Shown piece by piece: positions 1 to 10,648 of a stretch of 64,000 nt of DNA. Numbering within the stretch: position 1 is the first letter of the stretch; the number at the start of each line of letters is the position of its first letter. The notes below the pieces were generated by a model. It saw only the letters and a program-made list of their open reading frames with translations, was not told the origin of the DNA and searched no databases. Origin of the DNA: Mizuhopecten yessoensis (Eukaryota); NCBI RefSeq assembly GCF_002113885.1, contig NW_018408769.1:422832-486831 (forward strand), written 5' to 3'. The translations under genes were made by a program, and so were the position numbers.

Positions 1-1934
1 TCACTGTATATAACTCCTTTCTACTTCACTCCCCTGTATATAACCCCTCTCTACTTCACTACCCTGTTTATAACTCCTTTCTACTTCACTCCCCTGTATA
101 TAGCCCCTGTCTACTTCACTTCACTGTATATAACTCCTTTCTACTTCACTCCTCTGTATATAACCCCACTCTACTTCAACTCCCTGTATATAACCCCCTA
201 CTTCACTCCCCTGTATATAACCCCCCTATGTATATAACCCCCCTACTTCACCCCCCTGTATATAACCCCTGTCTACTTCACTTCACTGTATATAACTCCT
301 TTCTACTTCACTCCTCTGTATATAACCCCACTCTACTTCAACTCCCTGTATATAACCCCCTACTTCACTCCCCTGTATATAACCCCACTTCACTTAACCC
401 CCCTGTATATAACCCCCCTACTTCACTCCCCGGTATATAACCCCTGTCTACTTCACTCTCCTGTTTATAACTCCCCCACTCTACTTCACTCCCCTGTATA
501 TAACCCTACTCTTCTTCACTCCCCTGTATATAACCCCTCTCTACTTCACTCCCCTGTTTATAACTCCTTTCTACTTCATTCCCCTGTATATAACCACACT
601 CTACTTCACTCCCCTGTTTATAACTCCTTTCTACTTCACTCCTCTGTATATAACCCCCCTACTTCACCCCCCTGTATATAACCCCACTTCACTTAACCCC
701 CCCGTATATAACCCCCCCACTTCACTCCCCCGTATATAACCCCCCTACTTCACTCCTCTGTATATAACCCCACTCCACTTCACTCCTCTGTATATAACTC
801 CTCTCTACTTCACTCCTCTGTATATAACCATATAACCCCACTTCACTTAACCCCCCCGTATATAACCCCCCCACTTCACTCCCCCGTATATAACCCCCCT
901 ACTTCACTCCTCTGTATATAACCCCCTACTTCACTCCCCTGTATATAACCCCCCTACGTCACTCCTCTGTATATAACCCCCCTACTTCACCCCCCTGTAT
1001 ATAACCCCCTACTTCACTCCCCTGTATATAACCCCCCTACTTCTCTCCCCTGTATATAACCCCACTCTAATTCACTCCCCTGTATATAACCCCTGTCTAC
1101 TTCACTTCCCTGTATATAACTCCTTTCTACTTCACTCCTCTGTATATAACCCGAATTTAATTCACTCCCCTGTATATAACCCCACTCTTCTTCACTCCCC
1201 TGTATATAACCCCCCTACTTCACTCCTCTGTATATAACCCCCCTACTTCACTCCCCTGTATATAACCCCTCTCTACTTCACTCCCCTGTTTATAACTCCT
1301 TTCTACTTCATTCCCCTGTATATAACCACACTCTACTTCACTCCCCTGTTTATAACTCCTTTCTACTTCTACTTCACTCCTCTGTATATAACCCGAATTT
1401 AATTCACTCCCCTGTATATAACCCCACTCCATTTCACTCCTCTGTATATAACTCCTTTCTACTTCACTCCTCTGTATATAACCCGAATTTAATTCACTCC
1501 CCTGTATATAACCCCACTCCATTTCACTCCTCTGTATATAACTCCTTTCTACTTCACTCCTCTGTATATAACCCCCTACTTCACTCCCCTGTATATAACC
1601 CCCCTACTTCTCTCCCCTGTATATAACCCCACTCTACTTCATTCCCCTGTATATAACCCCACTCTACTTCATTCCCTGTATATAACCCCCCTACTTCACC
1701 CCCCTGTATATAACCCCACTTCACTTAACCCCCCCGTATATAACCCCCCCACTTCACTCCCCCGTATATAACCCCCCTACTTCACTCCTCTGTATATAAC
1801 CCCCTACTTCACTCCCCTGTATATAACCCCCTACTTCACTCCCCTGTATATAACCCCACTCTACTTCACTCCCCTGTTTATAACTCCTTTCTACTTCGCT
1901 CCTCTGTATATAACCCCACTCTACTTCACTCCCC
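1..1934. repeat. C-rich minisatellite, ~27-30 bp unit (ctacttcactcccctgtatataacccc...)
   Basis: Dozens of visible tandem copies. The ORFs at 228-440, 1220-1522 and 1754-2017 are repeat translations. The array runs off the window start. Confidence 0.97.
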
Positions 1935-2159
1935 TTGTTTTCTTGATTTAATGACGAGGCAACAACATGTGTTTTGCTTGTATCAATGTAATATGAAACA
2001 TAAACATAACAATGCATAAAAACATATTATATATATATATCTCAATATCACAATTACACAATAGTAAATGTAATACACACACTTTAATACTAATTTAATT
2101 TAAAACTAACCAGTACTCCTCTGACTTTAAGGGTTTTACGCACCTGTCCCTTTGTTTGT

Positions 2160-3203
2160 TATCCTTTACTGTATCCTTTACCTACTGTATCCCTTATACT
2201 TACTGTATCCCTTACCTACTGTATCCCTTACTTATACAGTATCCATTACTTACTGTATCCCTTACCTACTGTATCCCTTACCTACTGTATCCCTTACTTA
2301 CTGTATCCCTTACCTACAGTATCCCTTACCCACTGTATCCCTTACTTACTGTATCCCTTACCTACTGTATCCCTTACTTACTGTATCCCTTACCTACTGT
2401 ATCCCTTACTTATACAGTATCCCTTACCTACTGTATCCCTTACCTACAGTATCCCTTACCCACTGTATCCCTTACTTACTGTATCCCTTACCTACTGTAT
2501 CCCTTACTTACTGTATCCCTTACCTACTGTATCCCTTACCTACTGTATCCCTTACTTACTGTATCCCTTACTTACTGTATCCCTTACCTACTGTATCCCT
2601 TACTTATACAGTATCCCTTACCTACTGTATCCCTTACCTACAGTATCCCTTACCCACTGTATCCCTTACTTACTGTATCCCTTACCTACTGTATCCCTTA
2701 CGTACTGTATCCCTTACCTACTGTATCCCTTACTTACTGTATCCCTTATGGCAGACATCACAGTGTTAGGGGAGAAATCACAGCCCGCAGCCTGATGTAC
2801 ACAACCAATAAGAATCACACTATACCTTGTTTACGTAATACCAATCAAAGCAATGTAAATCATGTGCCAGTAAAACACTTACCTACTGTTTCCCTTACCT
2901 ACTGTATCCCTTTCCTACTGTATCCCTTATCTACTGTATCCCTTACCTTCTGTATCCCTTACCTACTGTATCCCTTACTTACTGTATCCCTTACTTACTA
3001 TATCCCTTACTTACTGTATCCCTTACCTACTGTATCCCTTACCTACTGTATCCCTTACCTACTGTATCCCTTACTTACTGTATCCCTTACCTACTGTATC
3101 CCTCACCTACTGTATCCCTTACTTACTGTATCCCTTACTTACTGTATCCCTTGTCTACTGTATCCCTTACCTACTGTATCCCTTACTTACTGTATCCCTT
3201 ACC
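2160..3203. repeat. 18-bp minisatellite (tactgtatcccttacc/t) in two blocks separated by a unique ~127-bp spacer
   Basis: Tandem copies at ~2160-2747 and ~2878-3203. ORFs 2152-2769 and 2156-3343 are periodic (TVSLTYCIPYLLYP). Confidence 0.96.
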
Positions 3204-3475
3204 AAAGGTTAAAGGTTAGTCCCCTGTGTGTGTGTTACATTCATCTTTTGTTCAGTCACATTTCAAATCTTATTCAAGTGTATGTAACACCGATTACCCA
3301 CACTAACCTTTACTATCACAAGACGATAAACTGTATCAGCTAAGGGACATGGCAGACATCACAGTGTTAGGGGAGAAATCACAGCCCGCAGCCTGATGTA
3401 CACAACCAATAAGAATCACACTATACCTTGTTTACGTAATACCAATCAAAGCAATGTAAATCATGTGCCAGTAAA
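2748..3475. repeat. Direct duplication of a 127-bp segment (2748-2874 and 3349-3475)
   Basis: atggcagacatcacagtgttagggg...catgtgccagtaaa occurs twice, apparently identical. Confidence 0.93.
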
Positions 3476-4951
3476 CTCTTTAACGTTATCGTGTACATGT
3501 ACATCACATCTATATCTTTTTATTATAATTACTTTTTATTATTATTATTTATTATAATTATATGTAGCATACCCAATTAATCCGTATTATCATTGTATAT
3601 ATAATACATGTACATCGTTTCTATAAAACCCGTATATAATTACAGATTGTAACACTTCGTTTTCAGGGTTTCAATTGTTCGAACGACAACCCTAAAAACA
3701 CTGTGTGATAAGCTGTATCATATATTTCTAGCTTATAGATTTTACAGATCTAAAAAAATTAAATAAGTATCGTATCTTCCAACCGACCTCCATGGTCACT
3801 AATATCCTCGGTCAGTGACATGTTCTGCAACGAGGAAGACCATTAAGTGTGAATCTTTGTATACATGTCTGTTTATTTTGAAAAGACTTTCCCAAATGGG
3901 AAAATGCATTCTGATATATCACACATATAAAAGACATATAGATCACAGTACACAGTGACGATAGCAATTTCTGTCATCTTCAAACAATGTGTATGATTTA
4001 TATATACATTTTGCTTTCATTCGCCTTTGATATATATTTCGAATCGTGGCTTTAACACATACAATTTCGTGCTAGTCAGCCATAAAAAAACAGAGCTCAC
4101 TGAAAAAACAATCGATGCCTTCCAAAGACCACATGAACAAAATGCAAGCTTACTTTTCCTAAAAACGCAATTGAATATTATTGTAATAATCAGATCTCGA
4201 GATGCAAATCAACTTAACATATTCTGATATGTTTAGATCGGCTCTATTCCAGATTTAAATAGCTATTAACAATTTCGATATTATATTACTCTTTTGTTAC
4301 TGCATTTTCAAGGAAATGAAAAAGAATTGAATAAATTAATAAATAATACACAAAGAGTATATGTAAAAAACAACAAAGTTTCTGTCTCCATTTATCAACC
4401 AAATAAAAGTCAGCGCTGAAATGCCCCATTCATGGTTTAACACACAAACAGAAAACGAAAACGAAGCAGGTGAAACGTATGTTTGACAGACGGAGAATGC
4501 TGCCCGGGCTTTGACAGACGGAGAATGCTTCCCGTGCTATCACACTGTCAATGGTATCCGATATCACAGGGAACTGTACCATATAGTAAATGTAAATTCT
4601 ACCAGTAATATACCAGAACTCGAACAATAAATTCGAGAAACACATATACTTTGAATTTGTGTATTCACCTGTTATTCACATAAAAAGACTGATTAGTGTC
4701 TCTCCTCGCTGCACTCAAAGTTCTACCTTAACACCAGTTCAGAGATCTGCAAATGTGAGCTAAGCAAAATTTCCCAATACTGGACTCAGAATTCATCGAT
4801 GTAGGCATTGTGACATGTTCCGTCCTAGCTTTAACGCACTCAAAAGTATCTTTACTAACTTCCATACACAACTAATTATGGACTCGTGTCCTAGAAAGGA
4901 AATAAAAGCATGGAAAATGGAAGAACACTGATAACTAACCTAATAATGGTT

Positions 4952-7348
4952 TCAAACATTTGCAGTCAAAGTATTATCCTCGTTCACCAAGCTTCTCTTT
5001 TCCATGGCGATATTGTCTGTGTCGCTGGAGCTAGTTGAAGTATAGTTGCCGCTGTCAGAGCCACGACTGGTCGATGAGATGATACTTTTTTGGGATGACA
5101 CCTTTGGTACGGTACGTCTGACATGTGTATCCGTGTAAGCTCCAACCATTCCAGGACATGAATTAACACATGGTCTACTTGACAGAGGCGCTTGACCGTC
5201 GATGTCGTCCGGCACTACCTCAATGTCGTCAGACCAGTCACAAGGATTGTTGGTCTTCACGACCGTAGCATCAGGATCAACACCTGGGAAATAAAACGCA
5301 TTCTTAAAGTTTTCATGTTAAATATTGAGTATTAAAACTCCTTATATTACATATGTATCACGTATAATGTGAATGTATATATTACACACATAACCTAAAT
5401 TGGAAGATGTTCTTCAGCAAATATTCATCACTTCTGGTGACATAACAGTGCACAAACTTCGATACCAAAATCGAGCTAATTAATCGACCAATATGGTATA
5501 TTTTAGGAGCACGCTAAATATTATTGCATGCCGAACTTTGAAATATTGGTACTATTCTGTTATTTCCCTACCCTTTGGAGTGGTCAAGCTGTCCCCGTCC
5601 AGTAGGTGAAAGTCTCCCATGTCCGAAACGTGATGCTCATCCACAGGATGTTGCTGCCGAAGATCAACCTTTGGTCGTGAATCCGCTGGGGATTCTGGTA
5701 TAGTTTCCGGCAGAATCCTGTGGTTTCCCCGTGAAGAGTCGTTCCCACCTTGTCCAGACGGTGACGGCTGGTATACACTGACTGACGAACCTTAAGATTA
5801 AAATATATTTCTATCAAAATCAAATAAAAAATAATAATTTAGTTCACAATGATAAATAAAATTGTCCCTTATATTTACATGATGCAATTTTAACTAACAA
5901 AACATTTCATTATCAATTTCGCAAGGTTCGTCAGAATGTTTTCTGACGTACATCATTGTCATATGACTGTTATGGTAAAAAAAGGTTCCTCAAAATCATA
6001 ATGGTTGAGCATCACCTTTATCTATCTCTCAGTAATCTCTATGAATCATATTAAATGTAGGTGCATAGGAAGCAGTCCAACCGCAGTAATAAGTCGTATT
6101 TAATAATTTACCAATAGGCCCCGACATAACAAGCTGTTGCGGTGGAGCTGTGGGGTTCACATGGTCAGAATTGACGTCTGTATCATCATCACGACCAGGT
6201 AGCTGCTGATATCTCTGTGATATACTGCCTTCGTCAGTGTTTTTGTCACGTGAGCGATTCCTACAGGCGATCACGTGTTTGACTATACAGAACAGTATGC
6301 AAGGGGACAACAGGGCCACGAGAATCCACACCACGTATGTCAGAGTGGTCACTTGGCCTGAAATAAGACATTTACCAAATTATCAACAACGATCCAAGGT
6401 CTTTTATTACTTAGTGCTATATGGTACTCAGTCTAGAAGCAAATATAATTGTCAATTTTACGAAACGATACATTCAAACAATGTACATTTACCTATCAAT
6501 GTGCTCAACAATTCCTCAGAAGGACCTTCAGTCTTCGGAATTTCTTCTTCCCCTTTCAACTCTACAATAATGGAAAAATGATGTTGTAACACGAATGAAA
6601 AGTGAACAAAATCCTTATTCAGTACACCATTTAATGCATATTCAGTTTGTTGAATCGTCAACCATCACCATTCCAGTGTATCCTTTGGACTATTTTATTT
6701 CAATGCAGACCGTAAACCTTGCTGACGAAAATGATATTATTTACAAAGAAAATGAATTAAACGAATTTCTATTAAAAATTCCCATGTTACAAGGTACCAA
6801 GAGAGGTAACTCCGTTATCTTTTAATGAAACATATTAATATAGACGGAAAAACACAAGACTATTTTTAGAAGAGAACAACATAATACTTAGTTGCCGCTA
6901 AGGTTTATCTTTGTCGTTGTTGTACACTGTAAAATAAATTGTCCATATGTGCAGACACTATGATATATTTTGTCCTTACGCGCTGACAATGCGCGCTATA
7001 TGTTGTATTTTTGTATATATACGTGATAACTATTATTTTGTCCCTGCGTGTTGACGCTGATAATGTATTCCTGTGTGTCGTCACTGTACTATATATCTTT
7101 ATTTCTATATAAGGTTACTCACCTTTGCATCGTTGTCCACATTGTGAGGATACGTTGAGCTCGTTACAAACATCTAAGGTACACACGTCACAGCGTTGTT
7201 TACCAATATTACAAAAATCACGAGGAAAGACGCAGATGTCGTGTCCACAATTAAATTTAAAACCTTCAGGTGGGGACGTAGTTTCCGCCAATAGTAATCC
7301 TTGTAGAAGTAAACCAAAACACACAAGGCATCTGGTGACGGGATCCAT
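4952..7348 (-). CDS. Grindelwald-like TNF-receptor-family type I membrane protein, paralog A (5 coding exons, ~363 aa)
   Basis: Exons 7348-7123, 6561-6493, 6357-6112, 5790-5572 and 5283-4952. All introns are GT-AG and phase 1; total 1092 nt, open. Signal peptide MDPVTRCLVCFGLLLQGLLLA. 8-Cys domain CGHDICVFPRDFCNIGKQRCDVCTLDVCNELNVSSQCGQRC. TM segment YVVWILVALLSPCILFCIV followed by basic residues. Disordered tail with no death domain. Family call rests on cysteine spacing recalled for Drosophila Grindelwald. Confidence 0.8.
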
Positions 7349-7435
7349 ATCGAGAAACACAACTGACACCGTTTGTATAAAATGACTAATGTTCCAATTC
7401 ACCTGTTCAAACGAACTTATTTTTATACCATTGTC

Positions 7436-7522
7436 TATTTATAAATGGGAATTTCCGTTTTCCATACCTAGTGGAAATACCCATTTACAGGAAATTTTCA
7501 ATATATCACGCTATATCACGTG
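7436..7522 (-). promoter_or_regulatory. Promoter of receptor A: TATA box, three kappaB-like sites and an E-box
   Basis: TATAAATA on the minus strand at 7436-7443, ~90 bp upstream of the ATG. GGGAATTTCC at 7447-7456 (exact NF-kB consensus), GGAAATACCC at 7473-7482, GGAAATTTTC at 7490-7499, CACGTG at 7517-7522. Confidence 0.7.
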
Positions 7523-9216
7523 ATCATAACGGTAGTTGTGGTTGTTAATATAAATGTTATTCTATTAGTACTAGACTCCATATTTACCTTAATTTACGGC
7601 AGTGATACAAGCGTCTCACTCTAAAGGAACTGTACATCAATTATATACATTTACGAAATCAAATGACATCTTACATAAGCAAAATTCTTCTTTAATGATA
7701 TCTTTGTGGTCAGGAAAAAAGGAAAAGTTATCATTGTTTCAGTATATAGCTGGAAGTATACGATCATTAAGTCCACACTTACCAGGTGACTAACTTATAG
7801 AGTGCTGATGATAACGGTCCTTCATTCAGAATATAATGTACCCATTATAAGTAAATACTATCATATCTTGTTTTGAACAAATATATTAGATCATTTCTGC
7901 ATCATTTGTTTCCAAACGTATCGTTTACGAACATGTGTTTTATATATCAAAGAATGCAATAAAGTGTCTTGTTGAAATAAAATTTAAAAATTACTTGTAG
8001 ATTTATAAAATGTGCGATTACGTTTTGTTCGGTAAATAAACATATTTCTTCATACTAGCGTACTGTTAGTGTGTTGTTATAGTGACGGAAACAGTAGCTC
8101 GTTTTCCTATTTATATTTTATTTATGGGGTCGCCAAACTAAACCTCTTATCTTCATTTTCCCATCAGATATACTGACTTATGACCTATCATCGTAATTTG
8201 CAGAACATTTATCAGCAACGTGCATTCATCCAGATTTAAGGTAGAATAATTAAATATTTCGGTAATTTATGTCATCAGAACGTTTGTAAAGAGTCTTTGA
8301 ATCCCCCTAAATATAGGTCCTCAGATGAGGCAATCTTACTTGTCTGACAATATTAATCCATACACACGTATAGATTATAAATGCAGTTATCCTGTGTTTA
8401 TCGAATACTTATTTGGCTACAATGTTGTCTTTTTGTCTGCCATTTACAAAGCTAAAATTTCACGCAATCATTCTTTCAAGCTGGATTTTGTTTTTTAAGA
8501 ATTACTTGTGTAGCTTTAGAATATGTTTATTACGTTTAAAACCATGCATGAATAATGCTTTAAGTTCATCTTGTTTTCTTGTTTTTACATTAATGATCTT
8601 ATAGTCAGTATTAAATAGGGTACATGAACGCCAGTTTTTAATTTTCTCACGTTGTTCTTGTTTTATAGAATAATGACGCATATGTATACTACAATGCATC
8701 ACCTCTGTATGTGCGTTTTTTTTCAAGTACTAATATTTTTATAGAACGCTGAATATATACTATCTGCACCAGGTGATTGTATCAATACATTTAGTTTTTA
8801 TATCACCATATTTTATTTGTCAATTTTTTTTTTCAAACCAATAAAGTAATAATTTAACCACTGCTGCATACCATTTTACTCCTGACCTTATTTTAGCTGC
8901 TGTTATCTTTTGTTAATAATAGCATTATGGTTTTTTTCAATATATCCAGACTCACCGTTATTTTGAAACTGTTAAGTTTGGATCACTTTTTTCATGGTTT
9001 TTATTTACATTTAATGTTGCACTTAAGTTTGAATGTTATTTCCGTTATATTTCACATTTTTTTGATAGAGCTTAATTTGTATTTACGTGTTTATCATGCA
9101 AGGACAAATTCTTGTGACCACTTTTTACAATTTATTGCTATCTATTACATGTATATTTTCTTCGATTTCCAATAACTGTAGGGTGTTGAATTAAAAAAAG
9201 AGGAACCATAGTCACA

Positions 9217-9222
9217 TTTATT
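9217..9222 (-). terminator. Candidate polyadenylation signal (AATAAA) for receptor B
   Basis: tttatt on the plus strand ~1.4 kb past the stop codon, followed on the minus strand by a T/GT-rich tract. Other AATAAA sites exist. Confidence 0.35.
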
Positions 9223-10648
9223 CATAAAATTAATACAGAGCGTATGCAACCACCGCCTATGGATCTGTTCTTTATCAATATTTTGAGATTAACATGCACG
9301 CATACTTAAATGAAACAAATTGCGGGGGACTTTGATAGAGTCATTATTCAGTGTATAACGCCATACTGCAGCCTTAACATTACATTGTTGTAATAGCATT
9401 CGCCTTAAAATGACCAGAAGTCTTGAAAATCGTTAGCAATAATCAACACTATTCGTGTTTTTTTTAAAATTTTTGTACGTCTAAATACAAATGAAACGAC
9501 AAGCAGTCTTCACAATATTGAACTATGTGTTTGTATGGTTTAGTCAAATATGAACTATGGATCCAAATACACATGTTTATTTTCCCATCTTTGATCTATT
9601 TATTCATCAGTCTTTATCTGGGATGAACTCTTACGCCATCTTTTCGTGCTAAGAAACTCCAGTGTTCACTTTCAGTGTTACAGTAATTGCACTAAGATCG
9701 TAAATGGCACAACTGTATTTGAAGATTTATGGGCTAAAGTTAACTTTGGTTACCATCTAAAGATGTATTTTTATTATAATTTGATTTCGCTCCTTTCAGG
9801 TAGGGATGTGATTTAACATAAACATTAACGTAAGAATTTACTACATGTGTGTATGTTACATATGAAAAATAGGAACTGATTCTGGTAGCTGTTGTTATTA
9901 AAGATGTTTTTGTTATAACTTTTTATGTTTCGAAGCTCTCTCGAAACTTTAACAACTGGTGATAGTCAGGATCAGTGTGTAAGCTATATGGTTGATGCAT
10001 GTGCCTCTACTTCAGTATACCGTGTAACGTATTTAATCTAAAAGTATATCGCCACAACCGGTAAAACTTGGACATTTGATAAAATGTGTAAATGTAGTAG
10101 AAAACACGAAATCGTGTTGTGAATTCTTAAATTTATTTCAAAATAAAACTTCAAAAGCAAACAGAGAAAATGCAAACCTGAAAATAAATAACGTCTACGG
10201 AAAACCAAACGTTTTACACTGCAATACAGTTAACACGTTTTACCATCATATATATTTACATGCATATGAATCAGGAATAATGATTCTTAATTTACAGCAG
10301 AAAGTCCTTATACCCTTCTGCATGCTTATAATAATTTCCAGAATGGTAGGCGGTTGGAATAGTTTGAAATCATTCTGAGTAATACATAACAATATCATGA
10401 CCTAAAACAATTTTCAATAACACCCTGATGGCTTCCAGTGTATCGATTGTGAGGAATAAATTAAAGTGTTTTTAAAACTAAATAAATACGAATTGTATAT
10501 GTAACTCTCCCGACAAGAAGTGGGTTTATTTTTATCCTCGTTCTAGAGTTTCACATCACCATCGTTGACATTAGCTTAATTCACGTCTTTATAATGATAC
10601 TGGCCATATTTACTACAATAATCAATCTATAAAGTATAACAACTCGGC

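Noticed and set aside
2152-3343. 395-aa and 205-aa ORFs
   Set aside because: Pure translations of an 18-bp minisatellite with no domain or gene context.
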